From positions 1 through 53,470 of the IMG/VR virus record IMGVR_UViG_3300023301_000001: a DNA stretch of 53,470 nucleotides; one strand, written 5' to 3'. Each line of letters starts with the position of its first letter. Position 1 is the stretch's first letter. The notes beneath the pieces were generated by a model. It did no database searches. It was not told the origin of the DNA and was given only the letters and a program-made list of their open reading frames with translations. The DNA comes from a virus. Taxonomy: Duplodnaviria > Caudoviricetes. Below are positions 7,426 to 16,429 of the stretch, one piece after another. The position numbers were made by a program, and so were the translations under genes.

Positions 7426-10281
7426 GTGGCTGACAAGAAGTACAAGCCCGATACCGTGCGCGCAGCATTCAGCAAGTACGCGGTCGGCGATGAGAATGAC
7501 GGCGAGCAGAGGATGTTCTGTCCGATCTGCGAGAGCCCGGACTCAAGCAAGAGCCCGAGCGCGTCGATGAATGCTGACTCCGGAGTTTGGAATTGCCTAA
7601 AGGGCAACCACGGCGGTTCCATCGCATGGCTCGTGAGAGACTTGACCAATGAGCGCGGATTCAACATCCGTGCGGAAGCGATGCGAGGAAGGCACTTAGA
7701 CCAGACTTTCAGATCCGCCGCTGTCACCCGGCTCAACTCGGGCTCGCCGCTCCCGGATCCGGCGCAGATCTCAAAGTGGACCGAGGCTCTGATGGGCAAC
7801 AAGAAGGTCCTGGGCTTGATGATGGAGACTCGCGGGCTTGACCGGCGAACAATCATTGAATGGGAACTCGGCTGGGATGGCTCGCGCTACACCATCCCGG
7901 TACGCGACATCGGCGGCGAGTTGCTCAACGTCCGGCGCTACAAATTGAACGCCGGAGTGACGGACAAAATGCTCAACCTTCCCGGTCACGGCACAGCGCA
8001 GATATATCGCCCCGACATCCTCGCCAGCAACGAGGAGATCGTGATCACCGAAGGCGAGATGGATTGCATCATCCTCAACCAGTACGGCATCCCTGCGGTG
8101 ACGCATACGGCGGGCGCGGCGACCTTTCGACCTAACTGGGCGGGCATGTTCATCGGCAAGACGGTCTGGGTGGCGTATGACAATGATGACGCGGGCCGGA
8201 AGGGCTCCAAGAAGGTGGAGCAGATCCTCACCGCGTTTGCCGAGCGCGTGTACATCATGGAGATCCCGATACCTGTGAAGGGAGCCGATGTCACGGACTT
8301 CCTCCACAAGGAGGGGCACTCCGCTTCCGACTTCCGAGCGCTTATGCAAGTTGCACAGGAATCGGCATCGACCGGCTCGCTGAAGTCCGCCCCGCTCGCC
8401 GAGGCCGGAGAGCGGTTCAACCTCCAGTCATCGATGTCCCAAGCGAACCAAGCCAAGACCATGGAACTGATTGTGTCGATCTCCGGGAAGCAAGCCGAGC
8501 CCTACACCGCCCCAAAACGGATAACGGCGACGTGTGACATGTCCAAAGGAGCCGCCTGTGAGATGTGCCCCATTGCGGCGCGTAACGGGCAAGCCGAGAT
8601 TGATGTGAGAGAAGATGATGATCAGATTCTCCGCTTTGTCGATGTAACGGAACAAAGGCATAAGCAATTGCTCAGAGACATCACCGGCGCTCGCTGCTCC
8701 GACCGCGTGGAGTTTGAGGTTGATGAGAACTATCACATTGAGGAATTGCTTGTTCAGCCGAGCGTTGATGACCGCCAAGACGGCGAGACACAGCAGCCTA
8801 TCCGCCGCACCGCATTCTCGGTCTCCACCCACGCATCGACGGTCAACAGCAAGGTCCGGCTTGTCGGCAAGAACGTCTCAGACCCCAAGAGCGGGCGGCT
8901 GCGTTGGATGTCGTGGGTCAACCAGCCGGTGGAACTTGACATTGACAAGTTCACGCTCACTCCGGGACTCCGCGAGCGCCTGGAGACCTTTCAGCCAGTC
9001 GGCGGTCAATCGCCGCTAGACAAGGCGCTGGAGATCGCGAACGACATGGCGAGTAACGTCACGCATATCTATGGCCGTGATCTCCTCCACGTCGGCTATG
9101 ACCTTGTCTGGCATTCGCCGGTCTCATTCAAGATCCACGACATGACTATCCCCAAGGGCTGGCTGGAAATGCTCGTGGTTGGCGACACAAGAACGGGCAA
9201 GAGCGAGGCCGCCACCCGGCTCGCGAAGCACTACCGCTCCGGGATTGTCCAGTCGTGTGAGGGCATGTCCTTCCCGGGCCTTGTTGGAGGAGTCCAGCAA
9301 GTCGACGGGCGATGGCACATGACCTGGGGCGTGATCCCCATGAATGACCGGCGCTTGGTGGTCCTGGATGAGGTCTCGGGACTCAAGGAGAAGAATGTCA
9401 TTGAACAGATGTCTTCCATCCGCTCCTCGGGCATCGCGCAGGTCACCAAGATCGCCGCCGAGGAGACATCCGCCCGGACCCGGCTCGTCTGGATCGCCAA
9501 CCCCGCTGACGGGTCGATGATCCGCGACTCGCCGACCGCAGGCATGGGTGCTATGCGAACCGTCGTGGAGCACGCCGAGGACATCGCGCGTTTTGACTTT
9601 GTGATGGCAACCGCCAAGGGCGACGTTGACACGAGACTGATCAACGCTTCCTTCTCCGAGGTCCACAACCCGTCATACTCCTCAGAGGATTGCGAGGCGC
9701 TCGCGAAGTGGGCTTGGTCGCTCACTCGGGATGACGTCGTGATCTCTGACGCCGCCGCAGATGCCGCTGTCAAAGCGGCTATCAACCTCGGCGAGCGGTA
9801 CATGTCAGACCCGCCTCTCATCCAGTCTGAAAATGCCCGGTTCAAGGTCTTGCGAGTGGCAGCGGCGCTCGCGGCTCGCACCTTCTCAGTCTCCAAGCGG
9901 GGCAAACTCCAAGTAGGCCGGGAGCACGTCCATGATGCCGTCCGCTTCTTGGACATGATCTACGGCGAGAGCGCGATGGGTTACGCCACCGCCTCGGGCC
10001 GCTACTTGGAGAATGAGCGGCGAGCGGTAAGCAAGAAGGAGCAAGCCCGGGCCTACCTCCGCGAGCACCAGGATGACATCCTGCTAACACTCCGGATGGT
10101 CGGCGGCAACAACTTCCGAACTCGCGACTTTGCAGACTTTGGAGGGATGGATATTGCCGATGCGAAGCAGGTTGTTCACACGCTCCTGAAGTGGCAGTTG
10201 GTCTACACCAAGACGCGCGGCGACATCGGCATGAGCCCGATCCTCCAAGACGTCATCCGCGAACTGGAGATGGATGAGTAG
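7426..10281 (+). CDS. DNA primase-helicase: CHC2-like Zn finger + TOPRIM primase + MCM-family AAA+ helicase
   Basis: CPIC...WNC; TEGEMD and YDNDDAG (TOPRIM); GDTRTGKS, GVIPMNDRRLVVLDE, ARTRLVWIANP, ARFD (MCM signatures); GTG start at 7426 after AAGGAG. Confidence 0.9.
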   Translation: MADKKYKPDTVRAAFSKYAVGDENDGEQRMFCPICESPDSSKSPSASMNADSGVWNCLKGNHGGSIAWLVRDLTNERGFNIRAEAMRGRHLDQTFRSAAVTRLNSGSPLPDPAQISKWTEALMGNKKVLGLMMETRGLDRRTIIEWELGWDGSRYTIPVRDIGGELLNVRRYKLNAGVTDKMLNLPGHGTAQIYRPDILASNEEIVITEGEMDCIILNQYGIPAVTHTAGAATFRPNWAGMFIGKTVWVAYDNDDAGRKGSKKVEQILTAFAERVYIMEIPIPVKGADVTDFLHKEGHSASDFRALMQVAQESASTGSLKSAPLAEAGERFNLQSSMSQANQAKTMELIVSISGKQAEPYTAPKRITATCDMSKGAACEMCPIAARNGQAEIDVREDDDQILRFVDVTEQRHKQLLRDITGARCSDRVEFEVDENYHIEELLVQPSVDDRQDGETQQPIRRTAFSVSTHASTVNSKVRLVGKNVSDPKSGRLRWMSWVNQPVELDIDKFTLTPGLRERLETFQPVGGQSPLDKALEIANDMASNVTHIYGRDLLHVGYDLVWHSPVSFKIHDMTIPKGWLEMLVVGDTRTGKSEAATRLAKHYRSGIVQSCEGMSFPGLVGGVQQVDGRWHMTWGVIPMNDRRLVVLDEVSGLKEKNVIEQMSSIRSSGIAQVTKIAAEETSARTRLVWIANPADGSMIRDSPTAGMGAMRTVVEHAEDIARFDFVMATAKGDVDTRLINASFSEVHNPSYSSEDCEALAKWAWSLTRDDVVISDAAADAAVKAAINLGERYMSDPPLIQSENARFKVLRVAAALAARTFSVSKRGKLQVGREHVHDAVRFLDMIYGESAMGYATASGRYLENERRAVSKKEQARAYLREHQDDILLTLRMVGGNNFRTRDFADFGGMDIADAKQVVHTLLKWQLVYTKTRGDIGMSPILQDVIRELEMDE

Positions 10282-10362
10282 CGAATGCGCATTAATGTAC
10301 GGTAGGGTTGAGGCGAGCCCGGGAGGACCGGGCCGAACTAGACACGGGAGAGGACCCCGAAG

Positions 10363-11070
10363 ATGACAAACTTTGCAATCGTGCTAGCCTCGCTGCTAGC
10401 GGTCAGCATAGCGTTGAACTGGTTTCAGCGGAAGAAGCATGACGAGATCCTAGTGGTCAAGGACAAGGGCTGGCGCCGGGCTGATGATGTAGTGACCGAG
10501 TTGCGCAAGGCCGAGATCAACCATGAGCAGTGGTCCAGGGAGTCCGCCGAGGAGTGGAAGAGCCACAGCGCCGAGATGTCCGACATGACGTACAAACTCC
10601 GGACAGAGGAGACTCGCAGCCGCTCCCTGCAAAACACGGTCGCTCGCCGTGACGTGGTGATTGAGGGTGCGCTTGGGCTCCTCCTTGACCTTGGTATCGT
10701 CATGGGCGCTTCCGGCGTGAAAACTGGCGATGAGTTTGCTGACAACCTCGGAAGCAATTACATCACCGCCGCGCTCGGCTACGGGATTTGGAAGGCGACC
10801 GAGGACAAGCACCCGGAGTTTGAGATCATCGGCGAGCCCCGAGAGTCCAAGTTTGGTCGGCTTCCGCTCGGCTCCCGAGTCACCCGCGCAGACGGCGTGA
10901 TTTGGGAGCGCGTCAAGGCCAACGCCGCCAAGCAGACCTGGGCCCGCATGGACATCGGTCGCGGCGTTATCCGAGAGACCACCAAGGGCATGTCTGGCCA
11001 CGGCTACTTCACCATGGGGCCTCCCGAGCCCAAGGAAATCCCCGAGCCCGAGAGCGAGCCGGAAGCGTGA
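10363..11070 (+). CDS. Hypothetical membrane-anchored protein with coiled-coil region
   Basis: N-terminal TM helix; GAGAGG RBS. Confidence 0.7.
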   Translation: MTNFAIVLASLLAVSIALNWFQRKKHDEILVVKDKGWRRADDVVTELRKAEINHEQWSRESAEEWKSHSAEMSDMTYKLRTEETRSRSLQNTVARRDVVIEGALGLLLDLGIVMGASGVKTGDEFADNLGSNYITAALGYGIWKATEDKHPEFEIIGEPRESKFGRLPLGSRVTRADGVIWERVKANAAKQTWARMDIGRGVIRETTKGMSGHGYFTMGPPEPKEIPEPESEPEA

Positions 11071-11255
11071 TGGCCAAGATCGCGATGGCGGTCCTGTTTG
11101 TGTCCGCTCTCGCCCAAGCGCCGCACCTCGGCGAGAGCGGTCCGGGCCGGGCTGTATTCATGGCTCTCCTGGCACTAGCCTTCATCGGCGTCGCCGTCTC
11201 CCACTTTGGAGCGAAGGAGCGCGAGAGCGCCCAAGGAGGGCCGGAGGATGCCTGA
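11070..11255 (+). CDS. Small membrane protein (MAKIAMAVLF...)
   Basis: Two hydrophobic segments; TGATG coupling. Confidence 0.6.
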   Translation: MAKIAMAVLFVSALAQAPHLGESGPGRAVFMALLALAFIGVAVSHFGAKERESAQGGPEDA

Positions 11256-11550
11256 TTTGCCGTACACCTCGCTGGTCAAGCCCAAGCGCCTCGCGCTCCG
11301 CCATGATCTCACCGGAGTGATGCCAGATCCGAGCCCAAAAGCACGCAAGCCGGTCGCGGCTCGCGGGCCGCTCCGCGCAGAGATCTATGTGTGGGTCTCG
11401 GGCTGGATGGTGCAGGCGTTCCCGGCTGGCTTCCCGATTGAGACCGCGTATGTCGGGCACTCCAACGCGCTTCTCTCGGGCCGGTACTTTGACCGGGCCG
11501 TGTACCGTGCGGTGATCGACATGCTACGTGACGAGGAGGCATCATGCTGA
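11248..11550 (+). CDS. Hypothetical protein (MPDLPY...)
   Basis: AAGGAGG upstream; fills operon gap. Confidence 0.6.
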   Translation: MPDLPYTSLVKPKRLALRHDLTGVMPDPSPKARKPVAARGPLRAEIYVWVSGWMVQAFPAGFPIETAYVGHSNALLSGRYFDRAVYRAVIDMLRDEEASC

Positions 11551-12074
11551 CCTGGATGACGCGGGCATCGTTCCTTGACTCCGCTCGGGATCTTGATGAT
11601 GACCTTCTGACGCTCACGGCACAGCAGTCGGCTCGGCTCCTTGACGCGATGACGGGCGGCGAGCCGCTCCCGAAGTCGACGCCGCTGGAGTCGATGTGGG
11701 CCAGTTATGAGGTCGGGCTTGCCGGTTATTCGCTCGCGCTCATGGCCGAGGCCGGGCTGCGCGGCATCGTCATCTTCCAGAGCCGCGACGTGCTCCAGAT
11801 TGCCGAGGAACTCGGCGGAGAGTTCGTGAGGCCGCCATGGGTTGATGACACCGCCGTGCTACGCTCACACCGGAGTAACGCTGTGCGCCGCTGGCCCGGA
11901 AAGTACAAGAAGGTCTGGGGTCCCAAGACTCCGAAGGCATGGCCGTACCTGTGGCCGATTGTCGATGATGAAGGAGGCTATGAGATCCGCCTGTCAAAGC
12001 ATGACAAGGGTCTCCTCAAGTCGGGCGCGAGGAGTTTGCCCGACGATGTTTTGGAAAGGATCGCCAGCCAATGA
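11544..12074 (+). CDS. Pyrimidine-dimer glycosylase / MSMEG_6728-like protein (divergent)
   Basis: F.DSARDLD, MW..YE..L..Y, RG, PPWV, SHRSN, PYLWP pattern. Confidence 0.65.
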   Translation: MLTWMTRASFLDSARDLDDDLLTLTAQQSARLLDAMTGGEPLPKSTPLESMWASYEVGLAGYSLALMAEAGLRGIVIFQSRDVLQIAEELGGEFVRPPWVDDTAVLRSHRSNAVRRWPGKYKKVWGPKTPKAWPYLWPIVDDEGGYEIRLSKHDKGLLKSGARSLPDDVLERIASQ

Positions 12075-12850
12075 ATGTATCAATCCTGGGGTGTGGACCG
12101 GCTGGAATGTTTGCCGCTCACGCCGCCTCGGAAGCAGGTCATGACGTCGTGATCTACAGCAAGCCGAGGAAGTCGAACATGCGCGGCGCTCAGTACCTTC
12201 ACCGGCCCATCCCGGGGCTGTCGGGCTCGCCATTCCTCATCGACTACCGGCTGACCGGCGAGGTCGCAGGATACCGGGAGAAGGTCTATGGGAACATGCT
12301 TGACATTGAGGTCTCGCCGGAGATGATTCTGGGAATACGGGAGGCATGGGACATCCGCGAGGCTTACGATGCCGCATGGCGCTTGTACTCCGACCTCATC
12401 ACCCCGTGGGATGCCTTGGAGGACCACTCCTATGCAGAGTTGGAGAACATCATCCTTGACTCAGACCTCGTCATCTCGACTGTGCCTGCTCACCTCCTTT
12501 GCGAGAGCGAGGAGCACGTGTTTGACTCGGAGGTGATTTGGGCCACGGATCTCGTCAAGCCGACCAACATCCCGGGCTCCGAGGACAACGTGGTGATCTG
12601 CTCCGGCGATGAACGCGACTGGTGGTACAGGGTCTCCAGAATCCAGGGCTGGGAGAACACCGAATATCCTCAAGACCGGAAGCCGCCGAGCGGCGTGTGG
12701 CAGATCTGGGAAGTGGAGAAGCCGATCAGCACGACGTGCGTTTGTCACCCGCAAATTCTGCGCCAAGGCCGGTACGGGAGATGGACAAAGGGAGTTCTGT
12801 CAGATGAGTCCTATTATGCTGTGAGAGAGGAATTACCAGATGCCAAATAG
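12071..12850 (+). CDS. FAD-dependent oxidoreductase (Rossmann fold)
   Basis: ILGCGPAGMFAA dinucleotide-binding motif, GAQYLH, ISTVP, C-terminal GRYGRW. Confidence 0.8.
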   Translation: MNVSILGCGPAGMFAAHAASEAGHDVVIYSKPRKSNMRGAQYLHRPIPGLSGSPFLIDYRLTGEVAGYREKVYGNMLDIEVSPEMILGIREAWDIREAYDAAWRLYSDLITPWDALEDHSYAELENIILDSDLVISTVPAHLLCESEEHVFDSEVIWATDLVKPTNIPGSEDNVVICSGDERDWWYRVSRIQGWENTEYPQDRKPPSGVWQIWEVEKPISTTCVCHPQILRQGRYGRWTKGVLSDESYYAVREELPDAK

Positions 12851-13478
12851 CATCCGCGTTCACCCGCTCGCTCCCGTGGTCGCTCTCGACATTGACGGGA
12901 CGCTGGGCGACTACTATGATCACTTCCGATGGTTTGCCGAATTGTACAAGCAGGAGCCGGTCGCGATTGACTGGGAGATCTCGGATGAATTCTCCGAGGC
13001 TCTCCAGATGGGCAAAGAGGAATACCGTGACATCAAACTCGCTTACCGCCAAGGCGGGATGAAGCGGAGCCTGCCCCTGCTTGACAACTTTGTTGAGCAC
13101 CTCGTGCCGGCAATTCGTGGCGGCTTTGGATTCCAAGTTTGGATCTGTACCACGAGGCCCTGGCAAAGGCTAGACAACATCGACCCAGACACGCAATTCT
13201 GGATCAACAAGAACCTCGGGAAGGTCGATGGCGTCATTTACGGTGAGGACAAGTACCTTGACCTGATTGACATCGTCGGGCTTGACCGAATAGTCGGCGT
13301 GTTTGATGACCTCCCGGAGAATATTGAAAGGGCCAACGCGCTCGGTCTCCGGGCTCGGCTCCGCGATGGCGGACACAACCGGCGCGGCGACCATGCCGCG
13401 CTCCTGAGAGTAGACAACAGCAGAGACATGATGGCACTGATTCGCCATTGGTCGACTGAGAAGAAGTCAGAAGCATGA
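12840..13478 (+). CDS. HAD-superfamily phosphatase / 5'-nucleotidase-like protein
   Basis: LDIDGT motif I, CTTR motif II, K, FDD motif IV. Confidence 0.85.
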   Translation: MPNSIRVHPLAPVVALDIDGTLGDYYDHFRWFAELYKQEPVAIDWEISDEFSEALQMGKEEYRDIKLAYRQGGMKRSLPLLDNFVEHLVPAIRGGFGFQVWICTTRPWQRLDNIDPDTQFWINKNLGKVDGVIYGEDKYLDLIDIVGLDRIVGVFDDLPENIERANALGLRARLRDGGHNRRGDHAALLRVDNSRDMMALIRHWSTEKKSEA

Positions 13479-14965
13479 GTGGCCAGGTAACTCGGAGAGA
13501 GCGAGCCATTCGCACAATACCCTTCCCGCGACTGGTGGAGACCGTGAAGGAGTTGGAGGACTTGTCCAATTACACGGTTATTCGCGATTCAATGCATAAG
13601 ATTCTTCAAGCCTGTGATGAGGCTCCCGGCACTCGACTTTGGGAGCAAATGGGAGATCCAAGGCGTTTCCATTCTGCATCCGTAACGCTCCCCGCCGTTA
13701 TTCTTTCAATCAATGCTGCGGAGTTGAGCGCTCACTATCAAGATGACGCCGTGACGCTGTATCACAGCGATTGCCTTGATGCGCTGCGTAATCTTCCTGA
13801 CAACTCGGTCCACGCCATCGTCACCGATCCGCCGTATGGGTTGGCAAACACAGATCCGGTACACGTCACAAAAACGTTGCTCAAGTGGAGCAACGGCGAG
13901 CGCGACTACATACCGGGCGGTGCCGGATTTATGGGAAAGGCATGGGACTCTTTTGTGCCTCCGGTTGCTGTGTGGGATGAGTGTCTGCGGGTGCTGAAAC
14001 CGGGCGGGCACCTACTGGCATTCGCAGGATCTCGGACTCACGACCTCATGGGGCTCAGCATCCGCATGGCAGGCTTTGAGATCCGCGACTCAATCGCGTG
14101 GCTGTATGGGTCTGGCTTCCCGAAATCCTTGGATGTGTCCAAGGCGATTGACAAGGCGGCAGGGGCGATGCGGGGTGTCGTGGGCTCCAAGTTGGGGCAG
14201 CCCGGATACTCACTAGCCCCAAGCACGGGGGAAAATCTCTACGCGGGATCATTCGGTGGCACTGGCGACCCAGAGAAGGAGTCGCAGATCACGGCCCCGT
14301 CAACCCCCGACGCCGTCACCTGGCAGGGCTGGGGGACGGCACTCAAGCCCGCCCATGAGCCCATCGTCGTCGGACGTAAGCCATTTGCGGGAACTGTCGC
14401 CGCCAACGTCCTTGCACACGGGACCGGAGGAATCAACGTGGACGGGTGCCGGGTGCAGTATGTGAACGATGCCGACCGCGAGCAGACCCGCGTGCCAGAG
14501 CCAATTCAGCACAACGATGCGCGTGGCGTCTATCAGGCTGGCAATGGAGTCGGGCGCACTGGCTCTATCTTTGAGCCTGCCACCGCTGGCCGCTGGCCTC
14601 CGAATGTGGTCCTGGACGGCTCACAAGCAGACACGCTCGATGACATGACAAAAGGCCAGGGCGGCGCATCCCGGTTCTTCCCCGTGTTCCGTTACGGGCC
14701 CAAAGCGCCAAAGAGCGAGCGACCAGAGGTTGACGGCGTGAAACACCCAACCGTCAAACCTCTGGACCTCATGCGCTGGCTCGTGCGACTCGTCACGCCG
14801 CCTGGCGGGACTGTGCTGGACCCATTCGCCGGAAGCGGGACGACGGCAGAGGCGTGCGTCATCGAAGGCTTCAAGTGCATCGTCATCGAACGTGAAGCCG
14901 AATATCTGCCTTTGATCGTGCAACGAATTACAAAGCCATCATTACAAACAAGGAGAGAAACATGA
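13475..14965 (+). CDS. Amino-DNA methyltransferase (N6-A/N4-C, beta class) with ~85-aa N-terminal extension
   Basis: VTDPPY catalytic motif precedes HPTVKP and DPFAGSGTT SAM-binding motif. Confidence 0.92.
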   Translation: MSGQVTRRERAIRTIPFPRLVETVKELEDLSNYTVIRDSMHKILQACDEAPGTRLWEQMGDPRRFHSASVTLPAVILSINAAELSAHYQDDAVTLYHSDCLDALRNLPDNSVHAIVTDPPYGLANTDPVHVTKTLLKWSNGERDYIPGGAGFMGKAWDSFVPPVAVWDECLRVLKPGGHLLAFAGSRTHDLMGLSIRMAGFEIRDSIAWLYGSGFPKSLDVSKAIDKAAGAMRGVVGSKLGQPGYSLAPSTGENLYAGSFGGTGDPEKESQITAPSTPDAVTWQGWGTALKPAHEPIVVGRKPFAGTVAANVLAHGTGGINVDGCRVQYVNDADREQTRVPEPIQHNDARGVYQAGNGVGRTGSIFEPATAGRWPPNVVLDGSQADTLDDMTKGQGGASRFFPVFRYGPKAPKSERPEVDGVKHPTVKPLDLMRWLVRLVTPPGGTVLDPFAGSGTTAEACVIEGFKCIVIEREAEYLPLIVQRITKPSLQTRRET

Positions 14966-15180
14966 GTGACAAAGCGCCAAGCCCGATAATCCCCACCCAG
15001 CATTACGTCTCAGCAACCGGCGTTGTTACCGGGACGCCAGATGCGGTATTTGCGAAGTTGGAGGTCATCATCGCAGAGCGATTCCCTGGCAAGATGTTCC
15101 GCATCGTCGGGACTAACACCACCACTTTCAGAGACGGTAGGAACTGGACCGTGTCAGCCGTTATTGAGGAGCAAGCATGA
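14962..15180 (+). CDS. Hypothetical protein
   Basis: AAGGAG RBS, ATGA overlaps, AT-richer codons. Confidence 0.65.
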   Translation: MSDKAPSPIIPTQHYVSATGVVTGTPDAVFAKLEVIIAERFPGKMFRIVGTNTTTFRDGRNWTVSAVIEEQA

Positions 15181-15414
15181 ATGATTTGAAAGAGCAAGCA
15201 TACCGCCATGTTGCTTGGGTATTGGGGGATCATGTGAACGGGTATCAACCGGGCGGATTTACTACCGCATTGCTTAGTGCTTGGGAGCGCGCCGACCCAC
15301 AGAACAATGCCAAATTGTGCCAGGCATTCCCTGAACTTGGTGAAGCAATTTCAATCGCCAAGTCTTACGGAACCGCCACGCTGGTTAAGATACTCAAGGA
15401 GCAAGCATGAATGA
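15167..15414 (+). repeat. Perfect 18-bp direct repeat AGGAGCAAGCATGAATGA (15167-15184 and 15397-15414)
   Basis: Read directly from the sequence. Confidence 0.9.
15177..15410 (+). CDS. Hypothetical protein flanked by 18-bp direct repeats
   Basis: GGAG RBS, ATGA overlaps; GGFTTALLSAWERAD. Confidence 0.7.
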   Translation: MNDLKEQAYRHVAWVLGDHVNGYQPGGFTTALLSAWERADPQNNAKLCQAFPELGEAISIAKSYGTATLVKILKEQA

Positions 15415-16429
15415 CAAGTACACGCCGAGCCGCGATGCCGGTGACCTCCGCCAGACCAACCTCCTGCGGGATGTAGCGTTCAACCGCCAGTCGATGAACG
15501 ATGGGCACCACGTGAGCCCGCTAGACAACGGGAAGGTCAACGTGGGAGCCGACGGCATCAACGTCCGGCTTGTCCAGCCCATCCAAGAGGAGATGTTCAA
15601 GCGGGTCATGTCGATGGCTACCCGGGCGACAATCGGGCTGGACCTTGAGGAGCGTCCGGGCTACATCGACCCGCTCGCGGAGGCGGACTCCGAGGACTGG
15701 GAGGAGATGCTCAAGGGAGGTCTCCAAACAGTCCTTGAGACCCAGACGATCATCTTTGCGGTCTCGGGAGTTTCAAGGACTTGCACGCATCAGTTAGTCC
15801 GGAGCCGCAAGGCCGCATTCCATCAGCAAAGTCAGCGCGCTTCCTACTACGGCGACAGGCCGGAAGTCCGCATGCCCGAGTCAATCTGGCTCAATCCGCG
15901 AGCGCGAGCCGCTTACATGAAGGCTGTAGAAGCGTCGCATGAGGCGTACCGGATCGCGACCGCAGAGGACATCTCATACCAGGATGCCCGGTTCATCCTC
16001 CCGGAAGGAACTGACAACTACATCCTCCTGGAGTACAGCGTGCGCGAGTTCATGAACGTGTATGCCTATCGCGGCTGCTCCATGTTCTCTTGGGAGATCG
16101 TGCACGTGATGCGGGAGTGCCGCCGACTCCTCATTGAGGCCCACCCGTGGCTCGCTCCCTATGTCAAGATCTCATGCCAGGACGGGCCTTGCCCTAACTG
16201 CCTCGGGACCGGCGCTGAAGAAGGCTATGTGGTTCAGAACTTCTCTGGGGATGAGGTTCGCAACGTTCCTACGGCTCGCTGTGAGAAGTGCGCAGGCACC
16301 GGCATGGTCGGCTCGCGGTGTACCTTCCAAGGATGGGAGACCGTGGAGGGACAATGCGAGTTCCCATGGGCCAAGGAGGAGAACCGGACATTCAAGCCTT
16401 TGCATCACAAGATTGAGCGGAAGCAATAG
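15407..16429 (+). CDS. thyX: ThyX-like flavin-dependent thymidylate synthase (variant motif) with C-terminal Cys-rich Zn-finger insert
   Basis: VSRTCTHQLVRSR-x7-SQR (canonical RHR-x7-SxR), QDARFILP, WEI; CPNCLGTG...CEKCAGTG. Confidence 0.8.
   Translation: MNDKYTPSRDAGDLRQTNLLRDVAFNRQSMNDGHHVSPLDNGKVNVGADGINVRLVQPIQEEMFKRVMSMATRATIGLDLEERPGYIDPLAEADSEDWEEMLKGGLQTVLETQTIIFAVSGVSRTCTHQLVRSRKAAFHQQSQRASYYGDRPEVRMPESIWLNPRARAAYMKAVEASHEAYRIATAEDISYQDARFILPEGTDNYILLEYSVREFMNVYAYRGCSMFSWEIVHVMRECRRLLIEAHPWLAPYVKISCQDGPCPNCLGTGAEEGYVVQNFSGDEVRNVPTARCEKCAGTGMVGSRCTFQGWETVEGQCEFPWAKEENRTFKPLHHKIERKQ

Noticed and set aside
6921-7468. ORFs overlapping the iteron elements (6921-7151, 7024-7242, 7148-7468, also 29530-30183)
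   Set aside because: Their translations only reflect the DNA repeats (HN/HT runs, poly-E from TTC); no RBS or codon bias.
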